Positions 22,836 to 36,220 are shown, counted from the first letter of the stretch. The stretch is DNA of 64,000 nt from Marsupella aquatica (GCA_973895155.1 OZ316897.1:14445375-14509374), one strand, 5' to 3'. Numbers and translations are program-made. Notes: generated by a model from the sequence alone, not told the origin.

Positions 22836-25800
22836 GGATGGGGTAAGGTAAGAACCTTATCAATCTGCCTGTAGTGCAACTCCAGAACCTGATCTGAGAT
22901 CATGGTGGACGTGGGGGAAAGAGACGAGCTCTTGAATCGGCCAATCATCGCTATAGACGAATTTCTGCGTATATCTATGGACTTCTAATTCCTCCTTCAG
23001 GTCTATTCGAGTTTGCATGTAGTTGAGTCCTGTCCATGTACGTATATATCTCTCAACGTCCAAAATATCTCCTCAAACTCCAGCTTCTCAAACTCTCTCG
23101 AATACTAGCTTACTGAACGCAAACCAAGCTTTTGAACGTACCAGCAGACTTGTTGGCCAGCTCGGTGCGAGAGCGTTTCTGGTAATAATCAGGCTCATTC
23201 TTTGGTAAGGCGTGATGTTGCTTCAGAGTCAGTGGTGTACAAATCGTACTTATACAAAGTATGCATTTGATTACTTCACTTTCAAAAGGCTCGACCGTCT
23301 TTGAGAGGCTGCATGCGTTGGTGTCGATTACATTTCTACAGTAGTTACGAATGGCTCCTCCAATTCATGAAACGCGCCTTGAGAATAATATTTGAAGAGT
23401 TAAATTCTACTTCGTTCTGGGTTGTTGACATTGCACGTTTTATCATTTTTTATTCTTCTCGCTATGAACGGCACCGTAGGTTCCTAGTGTTGTTGCCCAT
23501 TCGTGGACTGACATTGATCCAACCGGAAAGGAGTATAGCTCTAGTCCACGTACGATGAATTTGAAACAAGTTCCGGAGTTCAATATCTACAAGAGCAACA
23601 CATAGACAGTAGCTGTGCCATCGATATCTTAGGTCGAACCCAATTACCGATCGTCCGGAACTAGCTTGTTTCTCTTGCCTACAGCAAAACTGCGTACTCA
23701 TGGAGCTAGGTATCTTAGCAGATATCTCGACGCAGTATACCTCCAAGCGCGTCTGTCAAATCAGTTGGATCGCGAATGCCAACTCATCCAGAAACGAGCT
23801 GACGGCAGACGAGTGCTGCAGCAGCTGTTCTCCGCCCCAAATTAACGGAAAAACAAAAACGTCAAATCATCATCAGTTCATTCGGTCCCCATCAATCAAG
23901 ACTTCCCATCCAACCTTGCGTGTGCAGCACCCACAGCATTGCATCAAGTACGTTTGGCGAATACTTAATTGTGTCCGGTCCTTATCTTCGATCTGGGACA
24001 GTAACTTCATGTCAACGATAGTCTTCGAATTGATTCGAGAATATGATTATATAATTGGCCTCCCTGGGCGGCCCTGAGGCGAACTTGACTTCACCAATGC
24101 AAAGCCAACAGGCAACAGGAAACATGTCCGACAGGCTGCAGGCAATGGAAAGGCCAAGTTGATGTCAAATCGCTGCAGGCAATGGAAAGGCCAAGTTGAT
24201 GTCAAATCGAACCACAAGCGTACAATTTATTCATCGCCATCACTCTTCACCGTTGTTTTTACGGTTGTTTTTATCTCTATCCACTGGGAGCTCCAAATTA
24301 TCTCCACATTATCGGGTGTAAGGAAATTCTATTGTAGCCAAACTCTATATATATTTTCATGCCCGTGGGGTGCACACAAGATGTCAAGGTGAGGCAAAAA
24401 TGTTTACATGTAACCTAACCCGTACCTAAACTGTAATCTAACCCTTACCTAAACTGTAATCTAACCCGTACCCCTCAAAAAAAATGTTTACATGAGAAAA
24501 GATGCATACAAGTAAAGAAATGCAAGTAAGGCAATTAAGAAAATGTTGAGGGAAGAAAATGTTTTTGAGGAAAAGAAATGCATATGAGTAAGATAATCTC
24601 TTAGTTAATAGTTAAGACACCATACGTGTGATTGTGATCACCTTGCACTAGGTGAGGGGAAGAATCTTTTTTCATTTGTCCTCCTCCTTTCTTTACTTTA
24701 TTCCTGGCCGCACCTCCCTTTTCCTTGTTTTGCTCTGACTTCCACCTTCCCCAATTGCTGCCTGCCTCCCCCTCCCTCCAACCTTTTCTTCCCTCCCAAT
24801 GCAATATTTCAAAAGGATAAAAAATTGGAGAAAAAATTGGAGAAAAACAAACCCAACCCAAAGGAAAAAAGGAAATTCTTCCTCTCTATAGCAAAAAGTA
24901 AAAACTTCTCCGTTTGTCTGCCCTCCCATAGTCCCTCTTGCCATGCTGCTGGAGGCTGCCACCATTGATGCTGCTGCTCGTTAGTCGTCGCTCTCACAGC
25001 TCGCTCTCGTTGATGTTGTCACTGCTGCCTCTCGATGCGTTCTCGATCGCTGCTGGAGGTGCTCTCGTGGATGCTGTTGCTGCTGCCTCTCGATGCACTC
25101 TCGATCGCTGCTGGAGCTCTCAATCGTTACTGTGACATTGAGCTGCAGGATGCGAGCTGCTCTCTCGATGCGCTCACGATGCTGTCGTTGCTGTGACATT
25201 GAGCTGCTGGATGCGAGTTGCTCGGTGATTCTCGCTGCTAGATCCGTTGTTCCAAACACCTTCGAATGTGAAAACTTTCTACAACTGATCTCTAAATGAG
25301 ATTCATCCAGTGGTTTTGCTCTCTTGGTGCTGTGCCCTCGTGGCTGTTTTGGCTCTTTTTCAGCTCATTTGTGCTTGGCTCTTTTTCAGCTGTGTGCTCA
25401 TATCGTCTTCTCGATGCTAGTGGTGCTTGGCGTCGGCTTGCTGGTTCATGGTTTCTGCTCATTTCCGCTCATTCCATTGGTTTGTTTTGTCATCAGTCCC
25501 CTGTGCAGAGTGGCTTCCCTTTACGGCTCGTTTTGGCTTTGGTTTTCTCTCGCTTGTGCTTATTTTTTAGGTTCGTTTTGTGCTCGTGTTTTGGGACCGG
25601 TTTCTAAGCCTGTTGGACTCTGTTGTTTGGCTGTGTGCTCGGCTTCAGCTGAGCAGTACTCTCGTGGCATTGTGGCTTGTTTGGCCTCGATCAGCTGCGC
25701 ACGGTTCGGGAGATCGATCCAGAAATTGTATTGGAGTTTCACAGGGTTCAAAGCTGTTGAGCCATCGAGGCAGTTCATGGATTTGAGGTTTGTGCCCATC

Positions 25801-26190
25801 CTCTGTGCTCTTTTGTAGGGTGCTCAGGGCTCTCTTTGGACCTTGATGTTGCTGGTGCTGCTCGGTCCTCTTCGGCCTCAGGTGGTTTCGTACAATTTGG
25901 CATCGGGGTGCTCAGGTTTGTGCTTGGTGCTGATCTGTGCTTGGTGCTGCTGCTCGGTGCTGTGTGCTTATTGGCTTCCAAATATCATCCAAAGTTATTG
26001 CTTCGCTGCATGGTTTTCAGTGGCTGTGCGGCTGCTGCTGTCAGTTTGGTGGATTGAGGTGTGAATCTGTTGGGTTTGGCGGCCAGGGAGGTAATAGGAG
26101 TCGTGATCGAATTGCGTGTGTTCTGAAGTCACATGTTGGCTGTGTCGAGACTAAAGTTTAAAGAAAGTGAAGTGAATGCGGGAGTGAATG

Positions 26191-26417
26191 AACTCAAGCT
26201 ATACATTGGGCTATGAATTGCAGGTTGAAGCTTTGAATCTGGATTGGGACCTATACTTGTTTACCCCCGTTAACCGATCCGGGCTACTTAAGTGCTCTCC
26301 GAACCGTACAAGATAGTCGCCCATCACACGGCTCTCTAACATGACAACTCAAAGCTATACATTGAGCTATGAATTGCAGGTTGAAGCTTTGAATCTGGAT
26401 TGGGGCCTATACTTGTT
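26191..26417. repeat. 71-bp direct repeat flanking an 84-bp filler insert
   Basis: aactca(a)agctatacattg.gctatgaattgcaggttgaagctttgaatctggattggg.cctatacttgtt at 26191-26261 and 26346-26417. Confidence 0.85.
26262..26345 (-). other. Group II intron domain V fragment plus start of domain VI; likely organellar (NUMT-type) DNA
   Basis: Minus strand 26334-26301 reads GAGCCGTGT GATGG GCGA CTATC TT GTACGGTTC: 34 nt with AGC triad, GNRA loop and 2-nt bulge, followed by GGAGAGCAC. Confidence 0.8.
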
Positions 26418-28224
26418 GGCACTGACAGTCGTGGTTCTCTCAGCCTCAGTGTATTGTGCTTTCTTTCAATCTACGTTTGTAGAGAGTGGTGGTTTTAGAG
26501 GAGTTTGCTTTGCTTGAAAGGCTGTCCAGTGTTCACTGTGTATCCAGGGTTCAATACTCTGACAGACGTTTTAAGTACTTGGGTGTCTTTAAGAGGACTA
26601 TTACTTCTAAGGAAAAAGCCAACTGCAGCTGAAAGGCTTCACCAAAAAAAAACGACAAATTGCAATACGCATGTCTCGGAAAATATTTTTGCCTGATTTA
26701 TGCGCCATACGTATTTACGATCTGATGAAACAAGTCTCAGGAATAAATTCCCGCCATTGTTGGGGATTTGGGTTAAATGTACCCTTAAAAGTGGTAAAAA
26801 AGTAAGCATTTCTTTCTTGACAAAAGGGGTTTGAAAATCATCCAGTGTGATATTATTTTGATAAATGTCTTATTGTAAGAGCACATTAGGATTCTAATTT
26901 ATGCTAAATTAAAACATGAAAAAAATGTAACTAGGTTCCACCATATTGCAATGTCCGAAATTTTTATCAGGGGTCAGTCAGTGGATGGCGATAACAGGGC
27001 TAGTCTCTAAACCAAAATCAGGCGTCAGCCAGTGGAAAAGAACAGGTGAAGTGACTCCTGACACCCACACCCACTGCCCTCCCCCTCCCCCCTTCCCTTC
27101 AAGTGCGCGCGACAGGTGATCCATATACGACTTCACACTCATATACGACTCTGGCCGGTATAATTGTCTAGGTTGGTGCAAGGTTCAGCAGTACCGTCTT
27201 AGTACTTGACTGTCTTCTTAGAATAACAACATAAATTAAACTAGCTTCCAAGAAGTGAGCTTGACTCGAAGGCCATGGACAGTGTGCAAGTGTTTTGATT
27301 TTCCTACCTAAGTTCTTCTTCGATCTTCTTCCTCTCAGGCTATTCGTGTGGTTCATGGATCTCAAGCTAGATAAGTGTAGCTAGTGGAAGAAAGACCAAC
27401 CCTTATTTGGCCAAGGAAAAACAGATCAGGTATAACAAGCTTTTTGGCCAATAGCTGACTGTGCAGCTTGTACGTTCGTAGACACATGTATAGGAGTATA
27501 TATATTGATTGTCAATCTTTGAATGGTCCGGAAATATCATTCACGTACGGCTATCCCAATCCAGTAGGGAATCCATTTTTATCGTGGACCGACTTCTTCT
27601 TTCTTAATTTGTCCCGATAAGTACGTATTGCATAATGCTATCCACAAGAGAGAAAGGGAGACTCCCGCATGGTGAACGTAGTGTGCGACTCTCCCGAAAC
27701 TGAAAGGACCAGTACTTCTAGCGCGCCTTACCAAGATCTCTTTCACATTCTTTCTACTCCAGTCTTAAAATAACAGCTAAACTATGTTGTGACCTAGGAG
27801 TGTCACCAAATAATATATGAGTAGCTTCTGAACTGTTTTAATTCCCATTAACATTTGGAAAAAGGGACTTAGAGAACATGAAATAACTGGCAAAGACATA
27901 TATTCATAGGGATTTTGGCTCCAGCCAAGTTGAGACACGTACGTACTAGCTGTTAGAACATCTGGGAATTGAACCGAATTGAGGAGAGTCTTCATCGATA
28001 AGGTTCACAGCTACTAAATTAAGTATGTCCTCACTGTAATTAAGCAGCTCCCTTAACCGCGGTAGCAGTAATCGGTACAAAACAAATCACTCAAAATAAA
28101 ACGAAATAGTTCTATTTAAAAAGGAGTGTCCAATCGTTCGCCATAGTTATCTCAACCAGTTATCTTCCGGAAGCCTACTTGTAATTTAATTTCCCCTTCC
28201 TATCAAGTAAAGCATATGCTTTGC

Positions 28225-30561
28225 TTATGGCCTGTACCTGTATTGTTGAAGGTTTTCACTATCTCGTTCCAAGAACTCTCTATGAACGAGAGATTCGACT
28301 CGATTCTTGATTGATTGTGGTGTTGGAAGAAACAGACCCTGAAAAAGATAAGTCACTGCTTTGAGCAAGCGTTGATGCTCCATTAATTTACTCTCCATGA
28401 TACGTAATATAGCAGCATCAATTTGAGAATTCCGGTTCTCCTCCACTCGGTGCTGTGTTTGCCCTCCCCAAGCAGGGCTTTGGTTCTGAGCAGTGCTTGT
28501 GTGGTTCTTCTCCACTTTGTACTTTTCTCGCGTGAAATTCTCATTGAAAATGAACCAGTCCCCTTCACCAATGTCTCTGCTCTTCGCGGGTTCCCTCCTC
28601 AAAATACTCGTTCCCGTGTCACACGCCAAAGATTTCAGATTCCTCTTCAGCTCAGGAGCGGCGATGCCCGTCTTTTGCAATATATCCTCATACGTCAGCC
28701 TGTCTGTTTCCTCGAATTGCCAAAGAATGCACATCGATAGTTGACAATGCGAGCTCGCATCTGTTTTCATTTCCGAGGTGGACCACCACTTCTGCATTTC
28801 CCATGTTGCTTTGGCACAACAGGCGACGATGTGGATGATTTTCCTTCTAGAAGCTGAGAACTTCTCAAGTTCGACCAACATCTCTGTAGGTAAGTTGCAC
28901 TTCGGGACCTGACAAATGGGCCATGCACGTGATGAAATAACCTGCACGTCATGCAAGGTTGTGTATATTAAATGAAACTGAAAGGTCTCTGGGCAGACTT
29001 AGACTAGTTTCTTACTATATAATGATCAGAATGCACGAAAACGTGACGGGGCTGATTGATTGAATAAAAATTCCATATGTTTCAACCAGGTATCTCCACT
29101 TAAATAACACCAAGATCGAGGAAAAACTAAAATCAAATTATGACTACAAATACCTACAAGATCCGCTGCACGAATTGAAAGTCGAATCTAGATACGAAAT
29201 TAAGCGTTGAGTTTGCGCGAAAGATCAGCAATCACATAATTACCCGCAGGGTGAGTTTGAGGCTGTCAAGTTCTGATTGTAGATATAGATCAACATTGAA
29301 AGTTTCCATGAGATCTTTCGACGTTTTTATATCCTCCAGCATTATCTCTAGCTTGTTAACACGTGGATCATCGCATGAAGCTTTTAGCTTGGAAATGAAT
29401 CTTCTCTCAGACTGCAGCAGCGACACATATCTCTCTGATAGAAGACGCTTCTCTCAAGTAATTTGAGTGATACCCCAGAAATAAGTCTTTGTTTTTCAGG
29501 TAACCGAAAAGCTCAATCACAGAATCCAGGAGGCTGCTAGTATCTCCATTTGATGCGCATTGCATTCCGAAATGATGGGAGGGTCCAAATGTTTGTAGAT
29601 TCAGCCATTGAGTCCCTTATAACATCTTTCCAACCAAGATCCCTCAATTCATAGCCAGTTACTTTGATCACGAGCTTAGGAGATCAAATTAACCCATCTT
29701 TCAAGCTAAACAGACATTTGACAAAGGTGATAGTCCTATCAGGAGCAAGAAGATGGTCCCTTCCAATCTCATTGGTATGAAACCTGGAAGAGAGACTTCC
29801 TAACATGCGCATATTTTTCAGATCATACGCACACCTGACTCCACCCTTCATTCCAAGTAGGTTCTGGAGATATTCATGAATCATCTCCTTGTTAACCATT
29901 TTGCAAGCCTTCCACTGAGTGTCAGGGAGGGTCTCTCAAGTACTCTGCGATTCTCATTGATTCTTCCTTGCTGTGGCTCTGTATCTTCTTGAGATTCGAG
30001 TCGATTCCAAGAACAATCAAGGATATCTGTGACTCAATATCGTGATAGCTGGCAGGAATTGCAAGATATCGTTCCTCAAAATCCTGGTCAACGAGTATCC
30101 CCCCAAACTGATCCTTCATAGGCTCCAACGACAGTATTTTGTCCAATATCAGCATCAGTATGTTGTCCATCATTAACATCCGCATACTGTCTACTATGAA
30201 CATTCGGTCCTGGATTTCCCCCTCTCCATCTCGTTCCTTGCTTACCAGAGAGAGCAGTCGAGACACGAAGCGGAACCTCATTGTGCCCTCCAAGATAATT
30301 TTCCTCCATAAAGAGACTCCATCTTCTTTCAGCGAGGAAACCCGCGGGCTATTGATCTCTCTGTAAATGAACAGCTGACAAATTAGATTTAGTGCTCGGT
30401 TAAATTTCTTCCATTCACCGAAAATGTTTCTCATGAGTGGTATGAAATCCAAAGACTCTACCCTTGTCAAAACAGCATAAATATATGCTTTCGTGGCAGC
30501 AATGACCATTGACATGAGGGCACTCTTATGTTCAGCATTTGCAGACATGAAGTAGACAAGC
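28225..30561 (-). pseudogene. Cullin (CUL3-like) pseudogene
   Basis: Cullin-like segments: LVSKERDGE.IQDR, DFEERYL, EESMRIAEYL, SERRFISKLKASC...KLEIMLEDIKTSKDLM, intron ~29243-28942, VISSRAWP..CNLP, LTYEDILQKTGI..ELKRNLKSLAC, VEENRNSQIDAAILRIM, IKNRVESLVHREFLERD..YRY. There are stops at ~29922 and ~29684 plus several frameshifts. Confidence 0.85.
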
Positions 30562-30854
30562 CTGCACAGTAGGTTCGAACCTAAGGATGAATCAAAGTAT
30601 GGAGGATGACGAAGCAAAAAGTGAACGAAAATATTGCAATTCCAGAATGAAAACGTTGTGAAGGTCAATTAAAGAACGAAAATCGCTGTATGTTTCTGTC
30701 GTTTTAGACAGATGTAAATACTTAAAATATTTCTTCTTTTTAACACAGTTACTTTAGGGGTTTTAGCTGGAAATAGTTAGGCGACGGGAAAGCAAAAGTC
30801 ATGAGATCGAGATGATAATATATATATATTTCTTATGGACCTTAGAAAGAAGAA

Positions 30855-31330
30855 AAATATATTTCAGTTGCAAAAACTAAAAACTGAAGAATTACATGCC
30901 AAGGTGGGGCCAGTCAAGAAATATTTCATTTGAAGGCAGAAACTAAAAACTGAAGAATTACATGGAACCCCAAGGTGGGCCGGCTTCACGTACCCATAGT
31001 TTTAGCTGTAAGAGAAGCTTTCAGTACAATGAAGGTAAATTTTTGTAACAACATACTCTAGTTGCTCATAAGCCTCCTTCGAATTCAGTTCCCGCTGGGT
31101 AGAGCTATTCGCTCTCTCCGTAGTCTGATCGGATGATGGCTTGGGCTGAAGTCATCCTCATGAACGTCCGGCCCCAGACTCACAACCAATAGTAGGGCTG
31201 CAGCTGTACAGCTTAAATTAAAATTAATATTCCACATCAGTCATTCTTATGAACGTCCCGCCGGGCCCCAAAGTCACAGCCAATAGCAATGCTGCAGCTG
31301 TACAGCTTTAATGAGGCTAATACTCCACAT
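30855..31330. repeat. Two pairs of short tandem duplications upstream of the cullin relic
   Basis: 2x aaaactaaaaactgaagaattacatg..ccaaggtggg and 2x atgaacgtcc..ccaatag...gctgcagctgtacagctt. Confidence 0.6.
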
Positions 31331-32545
31331 CCATAGCCTATTGCGTTGCTCACAAGAGTACTTGTAGTGTGAGCAAACAATAAAACATTTTTTGTTAATG
31401 AGAAAAAAAACTCGCACAACACCGTGCTCTTTTCTCATAGAAGGAAAAGCTCCTAAATTTGCAGTGAGTACTTTTGCTAGCAAAATTAGTCTGTAGCTAG
31501 CTAGTACGGGATTAAAGCACATTATCTTCAATATATTGTGTCATTTCAATTAAAACCCAATTTATGAGTCTTGTCATTTTTTTGTAACATCCTATTTTGG
31601 GAGTGTCTGTACTAAATACACCAGATATACAAAAGTCATCAAAAATCAAAAGGCATTGTTTAAGAATCATTCTCGTTGCTAGAAACAATTTCCATGTGAG
31701 GATTTTTTGATTAATAATCAATTTCTAGCGATTCAAGGCAAATGTTGTTTAAGAATCACTCTTTAGCAATATTCTCTTTGCTAGCAAAAATTCTCCATAT
31801 ATATATATATGTTTTGAATGAAGGGAGACTTTAGAAAACAAGGAAAAAATGACACGGTAACATGCGGTTCATCATTCACTATTGGCTTTGAGTAAGTAAT
31901 TTGGTAGTATCCCATGAGAATACTTAACACCAAAATCAGTCACTATAATTCTCTCTCATTCACTAAAATTGGCAGAAATTCCATAAAATCTATTAAAAGG
32001 TGATTGAATGCACTACGTTGAAAACTAAACTTAGTGGAAAAGAGAGCTCTAGCTAGCATAGGAAATTTATTTTTTTTAAAACTCAAAGGGGTACAATAAT
32101 ACAAGTGGTGCACCTTGTTAAAACACATTAAAGGAAAAATATTAATAAGACAAACCATTGAAAAGTGGATTGGCCATATTCATTTGTCAAAATTTATTAC
32201 ATTGTATTTACTCGTGTTCCTCTCAAAAATAAAGAAAAAACAGTCATTAATCCAAACCCCATTAGTTTGACAAATGGGAAAGGGCCACCAGGTATGGCAG
32301 TGACACTCTTGGCTAAAGTAGTGGCTATCTTTTCAGAAAATCAATTTTGTATGTTCAAAACGGTTCGCGCGAGTTCGTACACAGCACAAAGTTGGCGTTG
32401 GCCAGCTCACCAATCAAACTAACCACTAAGACTGGCGCACTCGTTCGACTCTCACCTTCCAACGCAGATCAAGGATCGCATCTAATGCACCTTCCCAACA
32501 TTTCACTCTACCTGGTCTGCGGAGATTGCCTCCCCGAACAGTTAG

Positions 32546-34610
32546 ATTACAGTATTTAAATGGGTCAGGTGTTTTGCGTTGCTAGTAGTGTGGATGCTCG
32601 TTGCTGAATCGTTTTGAACCGTAAGCTGTGACATCTTCTGGGGGCAGGTGTTTTGCGTTGCTAGTAGTGTGGATGCTCGTTGCTGAATCATTCTGAACCA
32701 TAATCAGTGACATCTTCGGGCGTTCCATTGCCGGCTTCTTCAAGGTATTTTATCGTGTCTTGTTCTAGTTCCGCATTGATTCCAATCTGAAACGGAAGGT
32801 GTGATCGAGTCCCTCTTCGAGAGTTGCAGTTGGTCTTCAAGGTACAGGTTAGGTTACAGTACTTAATGGGTCAGGTGTTTTGCGTTGCTAGTAGTGTGGA
32901 TGCTCGTTGCTGAATAGTTCTGAACCGTAAGCTGTGACATCTTCGGAGGTTGCAGGTGTTTTGCGTTGCTATTAGTGTGGATGCTCGTTGCTGAATCATT
33001 CTGACTCGTAATCTGTGACATCTTCGGGAGTTCCATTGCCGGCCTCTTCAAGGTATTTTATCGTGTCTGGTTCTAGTTTCGCATTGATTCCAATCTGAAA
33101 CGGAAGGTGTGATCGAGTCCCTCTTCGAGAGTTGCAGTTGGTCTTCCAAGTACAGGCTAGCTTACAGTACTTAATGGGTCAGATGTTTTGCGTTGCTAGT
33201 AGTGTGGATGCTCGTTGCTGAATAGTTCTGAACCGTAAGCTGTGACATCTTCGGAGGTTGCAGGTGTTTTGCGTTGCTATTAGTGTGGATGCTCGTTGCT
33301 GAATCATTCTGACTCGTAATCTGTGACATCTTCGGGCGTTCCATTACCGGCCTCTTCAAGGTATTTTATCGTGTCTGGTTCTGGTTTCGAATTGATTCCA
33401 ATCTGAACGGAAGGTGTGATCGAGTCCCTCTTGGAGAGTTCCAGTTGGTCTTCAAGGTACAGGTTAGGTTACAATACGTAATGGGTCGGGTGTTTTGCGT
33501 TGCTGGTAGTGTGGATGCTCGTTGCTGGATAATTCTCAACCGTAAGCTGTGACATCTTCTGCTGTTGCAGGTGTTTTGCGACAATGGTGCAACTTTTTGT
33601 GAGTCACACTCAACTAAATTCACATTTTGGTTTCATTCCTTATCTATGACCAGATTTTTAAAATTTTTGTGCCCTGCAAATTTGAATGACAACCACAACA
33701 TTTTTTGGTTGCTATTAGTGTGGATGCTCGTTGCTAAATCATTCTGGGCGTAACCTGTGACATCTTGGGCGTTCCATTGCCGGCCTCTTCAAGGTATTTT
33801 ATCGTGTCTGGTTCTAGTTTCGCATTGATTCTAATCTATACCGTGTTTGGTTCTAGTTTCGCATTGATTCCAATCTGAACGGAAGGTGTGATCGAGTCCC
33901 TCTTCGAGAGTTGCAGTTGGTCTTCAAGGTACAGGTTAGATTACAGTACTTAATGGGGCAGGTGTTTTGCGTTGCTAGTAGTGTGGATGCTCGTTGCTGA
34001 ATCATTCTGAACTTAAGCTATGACATATTCGGAGGTTGCAGGTGTTTTGCGTTACTAGTAGTGTGGATGCTAGTTTCTGAATCATTCTGAACCGTAAGCT
34101 GTGACATCTTCGGGCGTTCCATTGTCGGCCTCTTCAAGGTATTTTATCGTGTATGGTTCTAGTTTTGCGTTGAATCCAATCTGTACGGAAGGTGTGAGAG
34201 AGTTCCAGTTGGTCTTCAAAGGTACGGGTTAGGTTACAGTAAGTACTTAAATGGGTCAGGTGTTTTTCGTTGCTAGTAGTGTAGATGCTCGTTTCTGAAT
34301 CATTCTGAACTGTAAGCTGTGACGTCTTCGGGGGAGGTGTTTTGCATTGCTAGTAGTGTGGATGCTCGTTGCTGAATCATTCTGAACTTAAACTATGACA
34401 TCTTGGGGGTCAGGTGTTTTGCGTTGCTAGTAGTGTGGATGCTCGTTGAATTGCTGAAGCATTCTGACGTAAGCTGTGATATCTTCGGGCGTTCCATTGC
34501 CGGTCTCTTCAAGGTATTTTATCGTGTCTGGTTCTAGTTTCGCATTGAGTCCAATCTAAACGGAAGGTGTGAGTCTCTCTTCAAGAGTTCTAGTTGGTCT
34601 TCAAGGTACG
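32546..34610. repeat. Hierarchical tandem array: about six ~308-bp units, each with 2-3 ~74-bp subrepeats
   Basis: Units start at ~32546, 32854, 33162, 33469 (interrupted at 33581-33708), 33941 and 34234. Subrepeat: caggtgttttgcgttgctagtagtgtggatgctcgttgctgaatcattctgaaccgtaagctgtgacatcttc. Confidence 0.92.
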
Positions 34611-35146
34611 GATTAAAGGTGATTGATCGTGTCTAATTCCAGTTTCACAGTGAGTCCAGTTTTTTACGGAAGGTGTGACTCATCTTGGGGCGTTTCGGTT
34701 CGTCTCTCAGGTCAGGGTTCAAGGTAGTTGGTGTTACCTGGTTTCAGTTTCCCAGTGAGTCCAGTCCGTCAGAGCGCCCATGGTGGATTTGAAATTCCGT
34801 TTTCCTATTAGGTTTCAATTGCAATCATCAAGATACTTTAATTTCCCATTTCCGGTTTTAAGCATTATGCAAGCGGTCAGCTGGACTACGTTGCATTCGA
34901 GGTTGACATTTGAAAAGTAGGAACTGTGTGGAAAGCCGTAACGCGCATAACAAATCCAAAAGCTCAATCTGAACGTCTAGAACGCTATCCAAGTAGCTAG
35001 TATTGTCGAGTCTGTAGATAAGCTGCTCCATGTGTCTTGGCGGTGCATTAGAAGTGCTCCCATTGGATGAAGAAGTTGTTCATTAATTATCTATAGAGAG
35101 GAGGGAGAGCCCACTTACGTATTCGGTTATTCGTTGTGTCTACCCA

Positions 35147-36220
35147 GTGCACAGTTCACTATTCGCGCACAGGATGAGCTATCACCGGTCAACAGCGCTT
35201 GCAGTTGGATTGCTGTACCAAAGGCGTGGAAGTTCCAGTACTCCAAACGACCGTGCTCTATGTGTCTATCAAAACAATGTTTTTGATTCGGTGCCTCTAC
35301 ACCCTTCACTTCAGCGATCGAAGTGCGGAATCATCTCATTGAAAGGTAAAATTTATGTGTTAGGAAGTGAGGAAAACAGTGACACAAAGCTTGCCAGCCG
35401 GGAAGTACACTCTTTCGATCTGGTGGACAGAACGTGGACCAGATGTGCGAACATGCAAGGAAGGAGAATGAGTTTTGGTACTGGTGCCCTGGATGACAAG
35501 ATTTATGTGTTTGGAGGCTCCAACTACGGCGTACCTTTTCGTGTCTCTGAGGTTTATGATCCAGCTGCCAATGTCTGGTCCACAATAGCGGACATGATGG
35601 AGAGTAGAACAAATCACCAAGTTGCGGTACTGGGGAAATTTTTCATTGTGTATGGGGGGGTACTCTATCAGACGGATGTAGAGTCTGACGGAACTGTACG
35701 AAGTTCTGACACTCAGGCAAACTCAGACTGGGATGGTGCCTACTTGGATGTCTCTCCATCTGCCGTATTGATTTACGGTCCAGAGAGCAATCATTGGGTC
35801 AAATCTTATAATGCCGACGGTGTTAACAATAGCGTTTTCAAAGACAATGTCTTTGTGGTGAAGGGAAAATTTCATCGCTTTACAAGTACGGGTGATGGCA
35901 TTGAAAAATTCAATGTAAGTAGAAAATCATGGAGTTTGTTGCATGGCCTTGTGGCTTGGGATGATGGCGTGAATCATGATAACCTGAATGATCTACCTGA
36001 TAATCTGGATCTTGGACTTGGAGGTCGTCAGGCTGTAATGGTTGACGGAGAGCTCTTAACCGTGTGCCATCTCGGAAGTAACACAGTACCGGGAGCTGCT
36101 CGTCTTGTTCAAACCAATGGGTTTGGGCGTGGTCATGACATCCTCGTGTTGGAGCTGCTTAAGTCTTTCCGTGAGGAATTTGAAGAAGATTCGACTATTC
36201 TATTTCCTTTAGATTTGTGA
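35147..36220 (+). CDS. Kelch-repeat protein (F-box/kelch-type C-terminal region); no intact F-box seen
   Basis: GKIYVLG..FDLVDRTWTRCANMQGRRMSFGTGALDDKIYVFGG..EVYDPAANVWSTIADMMESRTNHQVAVLGKFFIVYGG. The first in-frame ATG is at 35174. Confidence 0.8.
   Translation: MHSSLFAHRMSYHRSTALAVGLLYQRRGSSSTPNDRALCVYQNNVFDSVPLHPSLQRSKCGIISLKGKIYVLGSEENSDTKLASREVHSFDLVDRTWTRCANMQGRRMSFGTGALDDKIYVFGGSNYGVPFRVSEVYDPAANVWSTIADMMESRTNHQVAVLGKFFIVYGGVLYQTDVESDGTVRSSDTQANSDWDGAYLDVSPSAVLIYGPESNHWVKSYNADGVNNSVFKDNVFVVKGKFHRFTSTGDGIEKFNVSRKSWSLLHGLVAWDDGVNHDNLNDLPDNLDLGLGGRQAVMVDGELLTVCHLGSNTVPGAARLVQTNGFGRGHDILVLELLKSFREEFEEDSTILFPLDL

Noticed and set aside
22712-24100. Possible integrase or TE ORF remnant on the minus strand (DVERYIRT; VLELHYRQIDKVLTLP)
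   Set aside because: Only faint resemblance, many stops and no diagnostic motif.
24938-26161. Many overlapping Leu/Cys/Ala-rich ORFs
   Set aside because: Low-complexity, stop-poor sequence with no recognisable domain; probably TE-derived.
32546-34610. CRISPR-like array or repeated small ORFs (MKRPAMELPK...)
   Set aside because: There are no unique spacers and no cas genes, the context is eukaryotic, and the ORFs are by-products of the satellite.
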